DNA of 64,000 nucleotides, from assembly GCA_003344405.1 (NCBI GenBank), contig NOWV01000121.1, positions 124,001 through 188,000 on the forward strand, given 5' to 3'. A program made the translations under genes and the position numbers. This document shows, piece after piece, positions 39,818 to 54,102 of this stretch. Origin of the DNA: Trichoplax sp. H2. Lineage: Eukaryota. The notes under the pieces were generated by a model that saw only the letters and a list, made by a program, of their open reading frames with translations, did not search any database and was not told where the DNA came from. Position 1 is the first letter of the stretch, and every line of letters starts with the position of its first letter.

Positions 39818-42726
39818 ATGCAAGTTAAGCACAATCGAGTGCTATCTGTTCTCTTATTTGGAAACGATGCTTTCTCAACGATAGTTCTCGATGCTGTACA
39901 TTTAAATAGGTGAAGTTACATTGCGAAATGATCAAATTATTACAGTTTTGATTCGAAATTTGAATTAGATCCTAGCCTCTATGTGCATTGTCAGTTTATT
40001 TACTGTATTAATTATATTATTATAGATACCTATGCAGTATACTGTATAGACGTATAGACGTAGATGGATGTCATATAAAGTATGCACTGTACAGTATTAA
40101 TTCAATTGATTTTACTTGTACAGTTTAAATCGATGTAAGTATTCCTATCAACGTATCGTCGATAAAGTCGAAATAGTATACTCGGGTTTTAAGGTTAGTA
40201 ACGACTTCGCTAAAATAGACTACAAACTGTATCTTAAGCTCATAACTAAATTAGCTTGAAACTGTCTTTCAACAGAATAGCAAGAAATCATCTTCAGTAT
40301 TGAAATACGCTCGAAATAATGGCCTTGTTGCGCATAATTATAACGACTACAGCGATATGATTCCTAGTAACAGGGAATTCTGTGACCTCAGGTTGATAAA
40401 ATTAAAATTAAAAAAGACATTTTTATACTTTTTAGCAGTTTACGATTTTAACGATTACTCAACTTCGATTGCATTCAATTACAGTATAATTAAAAAATGC
40501 TTTTTGCCTCTTTATTGAGTGCAACAGGAATCGTTTCGATGTTGGTATCGTAGTTTCATTTGGACACCTACTTAGCAAAAGATGGATAGATTTATTTGTA
40601 CGGTATGGTATACGTGTTGCAATATTATTCTGTGCTGATATACTATTTATGCATTTTTGGTTACCATTTCTACTTTCTACTGTTAATAATGAAACAGTTG
40701 CAGTACTGTACAGTCTCGTATATAGTCATTTCTCATCGGTTTCAATCTACACTACACTGTTAATTCGACGATGTTAGGTATTAAAAAAAATATACACTTA
40801 CGGCTTACAATCAGTGAAATTTTAGACAGATATTAATATTAACAGGAGGTAACATACGATTATGATATTGAGTAAAAATTACCACCCATTATTACCTACC
40901 GTCGCATATTTATTGTATTAAATTTGCAAAATTTCCTGAGGTTGCATAAGGTCTATATTTGGGCTTATTGATGCCTTAAAGTGTGCATGTTTGACACTAA
41001 TACGGTACTATAAAAAATGTTTAACTTTCTTTTACACATATATCCAGTAGATGATCATATACTATAGATTAGTTTTACCAGAGTAGCATGCTAAAGGCGC
41101 CAAGACTCGTTATTTGCAGTTTGATGTGGAGATTAGTATATATTTAAGCTTACTAGTCTACTGTGTTAATTGATATATCGAGATCACTTTTAATTTCCGA
41201 TGCAAAAAATAAATTGTAATTGTAATTTGTAGTTAATAACCTGATATACTTATATTGGCTCAATGTATTGCAGAGGGGCAATTAATGTTCATCCTTCGTT
41301 ACTCCCAAGATGGAGAGGAGCGTCTCCAATTCAATTCGCTTTGTTGCATGGTGACAATGTGACCGGCGTGACGATTGCTGATGTTTTACCAGATAAGTTA
41401 GTGAACGAAATATTTTAATATTTCAAACTTTGTCATGAATATAAATACTAAATATCTGTATTGAAACAGATACGACAGAGGGCGTATATTAATGCAGGAA
41501 AGTTTAAAGGTATAAGCATATATTGGAGATGTCATTCTGTTTGGCATTTCTGTAATGAGATTTTTGGATTCTTTATTAGTAACTTTTAAACTAACTGCAC
41601 ATAACAGTAGATAAGATACTTCAACATGTCTCATTAATAGTTGTATAAGAATTAGTGTAACAATAATGCCATGGTGATTGGGATCTTTCTACACTTTTGC
41701 AGATAAATGATAGGGAAACGTACATCCAGCTTCATAATCGTCTAGCTGACCTAAGTTCAAATCTAGTATGCTATCGGCAAAATGCCCCATACTATTTATT
41801 TGTACATTTACCTCTAGCGTAAGGATATAATTAATGCAAAATTTTGGTATATTGTTTATAGTTATTACGAGCATTGTTAGATTTAGCGAATTTGCATCGG
41901 AAAGCCCAGAAGCAGAATGAAAGGAACGTAACTTATGGTAAAGCGATCATTATACAGTAAACTGTAAATTTGTAAACAACGTGTGAATAGCATTAGTCTT
42001 ATGTAATCGTTCGGAAATAAGCCTACAGCTTATTACAAGTTCATACATTAATCTTATACTTAAAAGCAAGTAAAATTAATCAAAATATGGATTGGATTAA
42101 TTGGTCTGAACATAGTAATAAATTCATAAATAGAATGTGGAGAGCCCTTGGTTACCAGGTATATCTCTAGTTCGTTGTTTGCGAAATTATTTTCGTAAAT
42201 ATTGTAGGACACACTTGCTACAAAATTTTCTTAATAAGCTATATTATTTACCTACTTAGAAGGGCTTAAAAACAACATGGAGGGGAACCGTTGTGAAATT
42301 AATAGATTTTTGTTATCTTGAGAATTATGAAGCTAATTTAAGTGGTAAGATTACTATATTACTGCTCATTCCACACAACGGAGGACGATTGCCTCAAACT
42401 GCTACTTACTAACTTTTAGATATAAACCATACGAACATGAAGCATGGATTCGTTAAATATGATGAGGATTTAAACGCAATTATTATTAAATGCAAGGTAA
42501 ATATTCATATTTAAATCTGGACTAAAAGTATTTCAAGATTATTGACGTTATTAGAAGTTAATTTGAAGAAAATTAATTTGATTTGCAGGATGGTCTAGTG
42601 GCTTTTAGGAAAGTTCAGTTTGCATGTCGAAAAGTAATTACTGCTTTGGATTTTTATAATGCTTATTTAACACGAATAGAAGAATCGAAACGATATTTTG
42701 GTGCACCTGGCAATAGGCCCACTTAA
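39818..42726 (+). CDS. MTFMT: Mitochondrial methionyl-tRNA formyltransferase; true start may lie in an upstream exon
   Basis: [66 protein letters not shown] and C-terminal [14 protein letters not shown] at 42724-42726. Confidence 0.93.
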
Positions 42727-43537
42727 AGCTAATATCACCATTACGGGAAGTTAATAATTTATTTCATAATTGAAACCAGAATAACTTTTTATCGTAACTT
42801 GACGGCATCAAAGATAATTTTTTTAGCGACATTCTTGTTAATGTTTATAGGCATTGTACAAGAGTTTGATGTAAGCATATTTTGATAACTGTTCTCAGAT
42901 GTAGAGTTATTATTGGTTAAACACCACTCATTAGTTGCTACCGTATAGTTTAAAATAAAATAAAAATAACTTACAGTAGTTGTAGATTTTTTTATACGGT
43001 TATTGTTCTTAAGGTGATATCAGTAGGAGAGAGTCCGCTACATTGTACATACTTTATCGTCTATCACTAAGTTAACTTAGCGATACACACTTACCTCTAA
43101 AAATTTTCTGTATCTGTAGCATGATGTTACATAAGATAAACATAGGCTGACAAATAATAAACAGAACACGGCAACCGTACTCTGTGCTATCGATACAATG
43201 TATAAATACTTCATAATATCTAATAATATGGGATTACCAGTAATGACAATAATAATGGATAAAGGATAACATTGGTAAAGTACCGTATTTTCAACAGTTA
43301 CATACCTATAGATACGCCATAGCCGACGTATTACAAGCTTATCGGCATTATACGTATTAATACATGGAAAAACCCAATCCCAAGAATATTAAGAACGGTT
43401 AAATCATAGAACAGAAAGCTACTTAGAAATAAACTACCGGTAACTATAAACTGCTATCGCATTACTAATATTGCAAGTAGATAGCGTTTTAATTTATCCG
43501 TAAAATAATCAGACGAAAACTTCACTCATTACATATT

Positions 43538-46500
43538 CTATATTGCTACATTTGAATTTCCTTTATCATTTTCTAATGCATATCTTTTAAAGATGATATG
43601 CCTTTTCCAATACAGCGTAACAGCTACAACTATAGCTACGAAAGCCACAATCGACATGATGATAGCTGCAATATCACCACCTAAATTAAGATAATACGGC
43701 GATATTTAAATTTAGTGAGCTATCCTGTTACAGTATTTGAAGTCAAGCTTCTACCAACACGTTAGAGATTAATCTAAAAATATATAAAACTTACCTGATA
43801 ATGGGCTGCTTTGCCCGATAGGTTGATTCGTTGCCCCTCCTACGTTCGAAGTTTTTGTCATCATAGTTGTACCACCCGGTGGAATTTCGTCTTAAATGAA
43901 ATGTAGTAAACATATTATCACAATTGTGTCTGACGCTAGCATGATTATTAAATTGCATTTTAATAAAGTATCAATTTTATGTACGACTGCCAAGAAATTC
44001 TATTTTCGCAAGATAATTTGTTGGGTATTACAAAAGAGACTTTCGACGATTGAATTCGATACATAACAGATTTACTGCAGTATAGTAGCGTAAAGTTGCT
44101 TCGGAAGCTAGTAATTGTCCCATAATATCCTTGAATGCATGGACTTATATATAACCTATTTTTACTGTGCATTGTACAGTAGTACTGTATATGCGATCAC
44201 AGTAATCATAAATATAGTTTAGCGTATGATAAGCCTGAAAGGCTCTCATAAGCATTAAGAGAGTGCACGCATCATCGTGTTATCATCAGATATAACAATT
44301 TCGAAAAATGTAGTATAGCATTACAACAATGTAATCAGTTAATATGGACCGTACATAATCAATAGCAAGTGATCAGCCAGCTAAGCAGTTTTTTGAGAGT
44401 ATATATACGAAGTTAGAACACATGTAAGTAATAGTGCTTACCACCACAGCGTGTAGTGTCAACATTTATGACTCTGTTATTGAGGATATTGAACGGTGGT
44501 GGCACTATAGGCGAGGGCACATCAAGCTTCGGTATAATACCAGCCTAGAAAATATATCACAGATCCACAAGAGATAAGCTAATTTTTACAGCATAATCTG
44601 TACAATGTACAACTATGACATTTTAATATTGATTTTAAACATTTTTCGTATATTGCAATTATGCTATGTGATACCATGGAATGGTGCATTAGACAGTTAA
44701 CCTGAAAGAGTCACTCAATATCCACTTAAACGATAAGTACTAATAATAATTGGCATTTACTGAACGCTTGACGTTTTTGGTCAAATCTTAGTACTTTGGT
44801 AAGTTAACGTGTATACTACTGACAGTAAGTAAATCAAGAGCAAGTTTAGCATACGGTAATTATGTAAGCAAAGCGATGCAAACAAATTTGAACGAGAATA
44901 TTGCATGGACGTTTCATGAAAATTGTTCAAATCTTTGTTTTAAAAGCTAGCATTTGCGAATCTAGTTAGCTATTAGAGGTGGCATCAATATTTTAAAATT
45001 AGCGGGCAAATAGTAAACTTTTTGTACTAATAACGACCATACAAATCAAATGCCATTAAGTATCAATTACCGTAACGGTTACTTTTCCAGGTGATCGCGT
45101 CATACTTATTTTCCCAAACAATTTGACAGGAACTGTCACGTTAATAGTAGGTATGACGAAGGAAATCTTAGTTATGAAAAATTCATCTGCGTGCTTTATA
45201 TTTCTGATAATGGTAATATTCTCAGCTGGATAAGCTGCCTGTAAAAGAATTTAGATTAAAGAAAACAATTTACTACATTCTAAGACTCTTTAAGTGAGTC
45301 AATATTCGATTAATAGTTCTGAAATACACTTTAGCAGGGTGTTAACAGCAGTTTACGTTTAATCATAAATGAATAGTAAACAACCATTTATAACTAACAC
45401 TATTGCTAGTAAATATGTAAAATTTTATCATAAAATTAAGGCGAATCTGATATGTCACCAAGTTAAAAAACAACATCTTCACGTAACGGTAACTAGCATA
45501 TCATCAATGTAAGAGTAAAAGGTGATTTAGCTAAATATCAGACATTTAAAGTTGTAGAAAAAGCATGACATTGCTGATTCGAGTATATATAGTAATTGCA
45601 TGCATTATAACTGAAATCTTGCATTACTGTACCGATGACAGTGACCAGTACTAAACATAACCTCTAGTATACTATCAGATATCTCTCCCATTGCTGTATA
45701 TAAATTTGCCGTAAGTAAAAGGCTATCATAAGGGTAGTCAGGTAAAATTTCTCATAATTAAATATGATTACTGAAACCATGAAGATAGGATAAGACACAA
45801 TCGTTATAAAATTCTAATTTGCTGATTTATATACCGTAATATTTGCTGTAACCGGTTTGGTGCAGTAGTTCAAATTGAAAGAGAATTGCATATGGCGTCC
45901 GTAAATTTTTCCACTGCAGTTAAACCCATTACAATTTTGATATTCATAACACTGCAAAGTTGTCTTCTTGGAAGGGTCAAGTCCAGGTATCGGCACCAAG
46001 TTGAGAGGTATCTGATCTAGCCGTTGCTTTAAGAAGTTTATCAGATCGGCTAGACTCTGGCACTCTGGATTGACTGTAGGGGCTGAAGGATGGATAAATT
46101 AAGAAATTTTTTAGGATCGTGAGCAAAATATGATATAAAATATGAAATTAGATCAATAAGGGTACAGACTGATTTCGTTTAGTTATCCTAAAATGAGATC
46201 GAACGCACCTACTTTCTAAATGAACACCAATCCACAAATGATAGTATAGTAGTCTATATTATTCATGTAGAATTGATGATCTCTATACTATATTAATTGT
46301 GCTATAGTTACGTATCAATAACTTGGTACAGCAATTAACTCATATTTTAACTTAATTCTGGTCAATGATAGGAGAGAAGAAACTGTATAGTACTTCAAAA
46401 ACGGCGGTCTCTGAAATTCACACGAATCGAGTCTGAAATTTGTCTCACTATTCACTTGCTGCATTGCTGCATTGCCCAGTAATAATCAAAACGAGGATGC

Positions 46501-47648
46501 TGTAATATTTAGTAGAAGTTTTTCACAGTCGACAGACTACTAACGCTTTATTATAACTCAGGGGCTAGCCGTGCTTTATTCATTTTAGGGGAATTGATAG
46601 CGTATATCAAGAATGATTTGAATCGTGTAATATTTTAATTTCCCGAAATTGAATTAATTGATGGAAAAATTTCAATACTGAAGATCTGTGACAGACTAAA
46701 ACCAGGAATAAGAAGCCTTGGCAGTCTGACTGGTAGTGATGGTGATCGTGCCAGGTACAATACTGTACGAGCTCAAATCGAGAGCGAATGAGTAATACGG
46801 TACTGTACTGTAGAAGAGCAGCTACGGTCACGCTTTACGGACTACAGTATATACTGTACAGTACAGTATATTGTAGCGTACTGTATACTGTACACTGTAC
46901 AGTACAGTCTGTACTGAACTAACAGCAACAAAATTCAATAGAGTCTTTATTTATTTAATATGCGTATATTTACTAATTATTATTATCAGTGCTATGACGT
47001 ATATAATATCACGTCTGACTGCGATACCATTTTACAGTAAAAAGGATAGTGTTTTTGGTCAGTAAAAAAAGGAACAGAGAGGTCATTTTTGATTACCTCG
47101 ATGACTGTAGTTACTTGAGATAGATATAAGAAATTAGATGATTTTAATCATTATTGTAATATACTTTCAGAAAAATGAATGGTTTTTCTATACAGTTTAT
47201 ACTAAATGATGATAATCATTATGATAGCTATTTGAAGTTAGGACAAATTCGATGTTGTAAAAGTGATGATTAAACCGGCATAAGTACAGTACACACAGTA
47301 TTATATTGCTGGTCTGCTGAGAACAGTAAGAAATAATCTCAACGGATTACAGTAACGAAATGTTATACTTTACTTTCCTCAGAGAAATCTTTGGTTCAAG
47401 TAGTACTACGATCAGATTTTATAGTATTCGCAAATCAACTTTTAAATAAACGAATGAAAACATTGAAAATTTCACAGATACTATACTGTGCAAAGTACAG
47501 TATCGTAATTTACATATTCAGTAATTCTGAATAGAATAATTAATTTCTATATATATTACTGTATATCAATGTATCATCACTTACTTGCACATTCGCCATG
47601 ATATACGTAGAAGGTATAAAAAATTAGGAATAGGGATAGAAACTTCAT
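43538..47648 (-). CDS. Uncharacterised type-I single-pass membrane protein with a Cys-rich ectodomain (6 exons)
   Basis: Signal-peptide exon 47585-47648 (MKFLSLFLIFYTFYVYHGECA|gtaagt, phase 1) splices in phase to exons at ~45836-46084, 45072-45238, 44442-44544, 43795-43890 and 43538-43680. TM segment IAAIIMSIVAFVAIVVAVTLYW is followed by KRH and a short tail. Confidence 0.8.
46755..46916. promoter_or_regulatory. TACTG/CAGTA array inside intron 1 of the membrane-protein gene
   Basis: Dense pentamer tracts with no called gene start next to them. Confidence 0.35.
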
Positions 47649-47814
47649 TTCTGATAGGTTCAGCTGCTCGCCGCTTAGATTAGTAGATCCTTTTCGTCCG
47701 ACTAACAATAAAGTTCAATTGGCGTGTTCCATCAACGACCACACACAAAAAATGGGTACAGTATGTTCAGTAGTTGCTTATTAAAAAAGGGGTCGCTGTT
47801 TCTGTTTACAGCAC

Positions 47815-48652
47815 GTACAGTACCGTTGAGTCCTGCAGTAAAAATACGCCGAACCGGCTGTACTGTACTGTACTGTACTGTACTCTGTACTGAATAGTGT
47901 ACTGTACAGTACATTGTACAGTCTACAATGTACAGTCCACAATGTACAGTCTACTGTACTGTACTGTACTGTACTGTACCGGTAGGCCCAGCCATACTGT
48001 AATAACCCCGATTACTCAGATACTGTACACTGTACAGTACAGTACAGTACTCAGCGTAAATAAAGTAGCTTCAAAGATGATACAGTACATTATACTGTAC
48101 GGTCACAGTACACATACTGTACTGTACTGTAATTATGGTACAGTAGAGCAATGCGCACAAATTAAAAGGCGGTGATTCCAATGGACTACAGGCTGACTGT
48201 CTACAGCACTAAATAATGATGCTGTAAGAAAATAAGAATAAAGATCTCTAGAGGCAGTAGTATAAGAAAAATATATCTTATCTTTTACCTCTACTTTAGT
48301 AAAATCATACTCAAAATGACCTCTTTTCCAAAAATTGAAGGAATAGGGGATAAGAGTGATGGCTTTAGTGTCACATTTTGGGACGGAGACGACTCTACAG
48401 TGTACAGTGCACAGTACTGTACAGTACACTGGTAATTAGTGCACAGCAATGGTGACATCATTTTTTAATACTGCACAAGCTACAGTACGCAATCTACAGT
48501 ACTGTACTGTCGATTCTGTACTGTAGAGCTTCTAAATACTGTAAGTATGCTTTGCCTCTCTACAGTACAGTACTGTACAGTACTGTACAACTTTTCTCAC
48601 ATTATCACCGCAATGTCGGTACTGTAGGGATAGACTGTACTAAGTACAGTAT
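47815..48652. promoter_or_regulatory. Two TACTG/CAGTA arrays (47815-48135, 48395-48652) in the membrane-protein / PIP5K1 divergent region
   Basis: (CTGTA)n and (TACAG)n runs, one block next to each head-to-head gene. Confidence 0.55.
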
Positions 48653-48855
48653 GCACATTTATTGATGATTAGCCAAGGGTGCCTTTAAAGGGATACCTTT
48701 TGCGGAAAGATATCCTACCGATAGTATCGAGAACTGTCGTCTTGCACGCTTCGTTTCATGTTTGCCAAGTGTGATTTATTATAGTTACACTTGGCATTGC
48801 CACCATCAGCAGAAAGGAAAGATCCGTTACGGTAGCGATCCGCTGTTAATTTAGT

Positions 48856-51800
48856 ATGGAAAATGAGAATCCACGTGCAGATAATGAAGGACTCCAACGC
48901 AGATACAAAAATGTAAGATTTTTCATGATACAGTATCAAATTTGATTGCTAATAGCTAATGGAAGTACAGCCCAACAGTACCACAATTAAGAACTACGGT
49001 ATTGAGTAATACAATATCATCAAGGCTAGGCAATGATGTTACCATTAGTATGAAGTCGAGTCACAATGATATAGGATAGTGTACTGGATTATTCTCCGAT
49101 TGTAAGGTTTGTCACTTCGTTGAGAATACACTAGTTCAAAGGCGATAGCTTTTAACGACAGCTCCATCATAAAGTATATGATAGGATTATTGATTGTACT
49201 GTAGATTGGGGTATGCGCGAATGATACGGGTGTTTGTTATATTATACTAGGAGGGGCAGTATAGTAAATAGCTGTAGATAACTGAATTAAAATTGTGATT
49301 AGTTAGTGTAATGTATACTGTACACTACATGAAACGCGTGAACTGCATTGTACAGTACTGTCTACTACAAATCTGTACACCACAACATGGTTCCCTGCTT
49401 GCAAATATAATTTGACTTTACTTATACCCGCATAGCAATATCAGGAAATATACTTTTGATAACTTTGTTCGATCTTTGATTGTAGCTCTCTTCCTACGGC
49501 ATATTTTTATGTTACATGCTATTGCTTTCTGTCATTAGGCGACTCCGTCCGACATATCTACAGCGCTGCAATTAGGTATAGAGCACTCGGTAAGTAGGTT
49601 TTCTCCTTTACGATCTATAACATAATTAATTTATGCCTTATGATGGTTAAGAATACAGCTATTAGTAACCTTGTATACCTACGCCTTAACATTTTATGAA
49701 ATCTACTTGTATGGTTTATGAATAATCATGTAGGTTGGGAAATTGTCTTCTAAACATGAAAGAGATGTTCTTATGCAGGACTTTCAAGATATTGATGTGG
49801 TTTTCTTTCCGAGGTTTCTTTATTAGATGATTCTGCATACATTATACATTTAGGAAGATTATTCTTTTTCTCATTGTTTTGATGGATCAACTTTGAACCG
49901 TTTTGACTATAATTGTATGCATAGTTAACTATCCTAATATTAACAGTGCAATAGTTAGTTGCTTGCGTATAAACCAGAACCACTTAACAAATATGATATA
50001 CTATTGCAAGATTACTTTAATAGCAAGATGAAACTCATCTAATCTATATCGGTTCCAGAGATGGAAGTACGTCAACTCCCGCACATCATCACGCCGATTT
50101 TACCTTTAAAACATACGCACCGATAGCGTTCAGGTATAAGCTGGGAAATATTATTTGAGTTATCTACGTAATTTGTAAAACGCTGCGTACTGTATTTCAT
50201 GTAATAATGCAGTTATATCATTGCATGAGTTTTGATCGTTCCAAAATAATGGTCAGTTTCTCTCTACGTTTATTTTAGATTTTTTCGTGAGCTATTTGGT
50301 ATCAAACCGCAAGACTTTATGGTAAGTGTATTGAAGAAATGATTAGCGTAAACTTATATCAGTAGCTCTGGGCAATGTTAGAGAATTAGAGCTGCTATAT
50401 TCCTAAGTCACTTTATATTGTACTACAATGAAGATATCCATGTGTGATAAACGCTTGAAAGAAATACGCAATCCTGGAGCAAGTGGATCCTTATTTTTCT
50501 TAACCAATGACGACAGATTCATAATCAAGACTGTACAAAAAAAAGAAGCCCAGTTCTTACAAGAGTTACTACCAGGATATTATTTGGTAAATTTTATAAT
50601 ATCACTTACTTAACTCGAGTAATAAATATTTTCGGACATGTAGGAATTTTAACTATTGTTGTTGTATACTAAATTAGCGATTTTACTACTCAATAATGTT
50701 GTATTTACTAAATTTGTAGCTAATAATTACATATTATTTTAGAATTTTAGTCAGAATAAAAAGACTCTCCTTCCGAAGTTTTTTGGTCTATATTCTTATT
50801 CTACAAGTAGTGGCCAAAGAAACATCCGCATCGTAGTCATGAATAATCTTTTACCATCAGTTTATCAGTATCAAGTAAAATTCGATTTAAAGGTACATTG
50901 TAACATTTCTAGTTAGCCTTGCTCATTTATTTGAATATTTCCTGAAACTGTTAGACTGAATAGTGATATCGCCTAAGGCTGCTGTCTATGTTATAATCAA
51001 ATACTAGGTATCTTTTTTAGTTAATCTTCGTATAATTTCAGGGTTCGACCCACAAACGAAAAGCCTCAAAGAATGAAAGAGAAAAAAAATGCCCAACCTT
51101 AAAAGACTTAGATTTCAAGACGGAACTTCCTGAGGTGATATTATATATTAATTTTAAATGTAGCATTAATCATGTTTCTTACATTAATAAGTTCATTCAC
51201 TAATTTTGTTCGTTTGGGTAGGGATTCGGTGTTGACCCTACTATATATGACTCCTTAACAAGAACCTTGGAAAGAGACGTTAGGGTAAAGGCTGTTATCA
51301 TAACCTGCTACTATATGTACTGTTCAATAAAGACCGAGTCTGGTTAATTTTACTATTCTATTAATATATGCAGGTATTGAGAAGTTTTAAGATTATGGAT
51401 TATAGTTTATTAATTGGTGTACATAAATTGACTGAAGTTTCAAGATCATGGTCCGTAAGTGAAGCTGACTCTAGGTTACGATCGGCGTCTGGTGGTGCCT
51501 CTTCCATAGATGCGGTCACGGCAACGGCAAGGTAGCTTGATCTGTTAGCCTGTAGTCTTTTTCAAATAAGAATTACGATTTCTGTGACAAGTCTAAAGTA
51601 GAATATTAAACAGAGTATTCTATGATAATGCAGATTGGGGCGCATTCACGCATATACTACATCTGGAGAAGCCGTAATGTTATTCATCGGAATAATTGAT
51701 ATACTTCAAAGTTACAGGTATGATATCTTGGTCTTAGTTCTGAATCTATTCTGACTTGCATTTAATGAGAAACCAAAATTTGTCAATTTCAAGATTTATT

Positions 51801-52675
51801 AAGAAACTAGAGCATACATATAAATCAATTCTTCACGATGGTGTAAGTACGAGATATTATCGTTGAACTACGGTAGTTATTTGGAAGTTTATTACAACAC
51901 TGAAAGGGTAATTAATCGACTAATCAATGATATAAAATCTCACTAACGGCACTATTATAGGATGCGGTATCAGTCACTAGTCCAGGATTTTACAGTGAAC
52001 GATTTGTTAATTTTTGTAAAAGTAGTGTATTTACGAAACGAATTGGTAAGAAGCTGAGATATTATTACCTATAAAGAAATGTAGTATAAATCAACGGGTT
52101 AACCATTAGTGGATTTTTATTTAGTTGCAAAATCGCAGCAAAAGAGAAGGTTGTTGCGTCCACGAAAGTCACTTGCTGATGATACTGTAACAAGTGATAG
52201 ATTAGATAAGTCTTTCAATGGACAGGTAAGTATGAGACCGTTAGAATAATTGTTTTGGAATTTATCATAACTAGCAGTAAGTACCTGTTATGTTTGATGG
52301 AAAATTGCAATTTTAATTCCCGAAATTTTACAGGAAAGCCTTATGGAAGATCTTCACGTATTTAAAAATGCGGATAACTGTCGAACGAATGAAGCCGTGA
52401 ATAAGGACTCTTCAACATCCACATCTATGAAGGAGATAGTTGTAGATGTCCATAACTTTGGCATTATCGATAGTAAAACAATATTGTCCAGTAGGTAGGT
52501 CGTTAAATAATGTAGCTTAAGTATCATAGACTAGTTAGTAAGTATATATCTATATTGATAATTCTGTATAGCTAATAGCTCTGTTCTGTAATATAATAAT
52601 TTTAGCCCTCAAAGTGGAAGAAGGAAAACAAAATCTGTCTATAATGATGACCAGAAAACTGAGACGATCGTCTAA
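48856..52675 (+). CDS. PIP5K1: Type I phosphatidylinositol-4-phosphate 5-kinase, multi-exon
   Basis: [128 protein letters not shown] at 52673-52675. Confidence 0.96.
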
Positions 52676-53601
52676 ACATGATTACTGGCAAATTTATAAT
52701 TATTTCATGAAAGAATGTATACTTTTCTTTGTAAAGAATTTAGAATTAATTGGAATAAGGGTTCTAAGTTGTGTGACTTTATTTCTATATAGCCATTTGA
52801 AATAAACTATATCTGTATATTTTCATAGCATTGCAATTAAGGAAAGCTGTTATAATGTTCCCTACAATTTATCAGTGTGAGCTTATTATTTGTACTACAG
52901 TAAAACTTTTATGTCAAATTTTCAGTAAGAGAGCAATGGTATGGTAACATGACGTATTAAATTCAAATTTTATTTGGATAATCAGATTGCGTGCTTCGCA
53001 CCGCATTTATTATGCTAAGAACTTCTCCACCAATGACTACTGTAGACTTGATTGGCAAGGATTTTCTAATCGAAATTTTTTGCATTGTAATCCGAAAACT
53101 ATGCTAAATTGCCTTCTGTGTATATTCTATATTCTATATACTGTAGCATTGTAAATCTTGAATTACATAAAAATTTAATTTACACTATCATTTATGGATG
53201 AGAGCTATTTTCTTTTTGACTTTAGCCAATAGGTATCGTAAAACAATTTAAATTAATTTGGCACCATGCAAGTCTTCAAATATACTGTACGTGTAGTTTT
53301 TTAATCAGTGGGCAGGGTTTAGCAATTACGAGCTATTATACTGTACTGTATCATGATAATGACAACAGCAGATGATAAACTGAAGTCCTATTAGAAAGAA
53401 AGAGTTTATGATTGTGTATTCGTATTATTTGGGTATAGCATGGGCAATGGAATAGAAAAGTATTGATGATATGCTACAATTAATGTGCAGTACTGTACTG
53501 TACTTTATGATAATGTGAAATGCGATCGGATATGAAAGCTGAGCCCAGATCATCTGTGCTTCCGCTTAATTCTAGTATTAGAATCTTTCTTATTAATTAG
53601 G

Positions 53602-53767
53602 ACGGGGGACCGCGCGAACGCAAGTCCCCCACTACCAGAAATTGTACGCTCGAGTCTCCCCTATTTGGGGAGATCGCAGGGGTCAGCCTAACCGAAGTGC
53701 AATGGAAAGGCCTCACCCTGGGGGAACACCCTTCTTGATCAGCGTTACCCCCGCGTCAGGTAAGTAT
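53602..53767 (-). ncRNA. RNU1: U1 spliceosomal snRNA
   Basis: Reverse strand starts ATACTTACCTG and has loop I GATCAAGAAG (U1-70K site), loop II ATTGCACTTCG (U1A site), Sm site AATTTCTGG and a terminal stem-loop with a TTCG tetraloop; ~166 nt. Confidence 0.97.
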
Positions 53768-53810
53768 GAGTTTTAGACGTTCAAAGCTGTATTATATACA
53801 AGTCAATAAT

Positions 53811-53829
53811 CCCTTCAATTATGGGTGTC
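53811..53829 (-). promoter_or_regulatory. Putative snRNA proximal sequence element (PSE)
   Basis: GACACCCATAATTGAAGGG lies at about -62 to -44 of U1, the expected position, and resembles metazoan PSEs. Confidence 0.55.
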
Positions 53830-53930
53830 AAGTTTTGAATTTTTAATGAAATAATTTGTATTATTGTTATTAATATTATTATCATATGTGCATTATACTG
53901 TAGTACAGTACTGTATTGTACTGTATTATT

Positions 53931-54086
53931 GAGCTTTCAAGCATGCTCAGTTATGATACATGATTCTTTCTTGAACTGTGCGTACTGAACAGTCAACACT
54001 ACCATTATTATGGAGCTTTCAAGCATGCTCAGTTATGATGTATGATTCTTTCTTGACTGTGCGTACTGAACAGTCAACACTACCAT
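53931..54086. repeat. Tandem duplication, 2 x ~75 bp, between U1 and ACP6
   Basis: gagctttcaagcatgctcagttatgat...cagtcaacactaccat at 53931 and 54013. Confidence 0.9.
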
Positions 54087-54102
54087 GATGAATCTTGTGT
54101 AG

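Noticed and set aside
54022-54070. C/D snoRNA-like boxes (ATGATG...CTGA)
   Set aside because: Box C is imperfect, the spacing is too short, there is no terminal stem and the sister repeat copy lacks the box.
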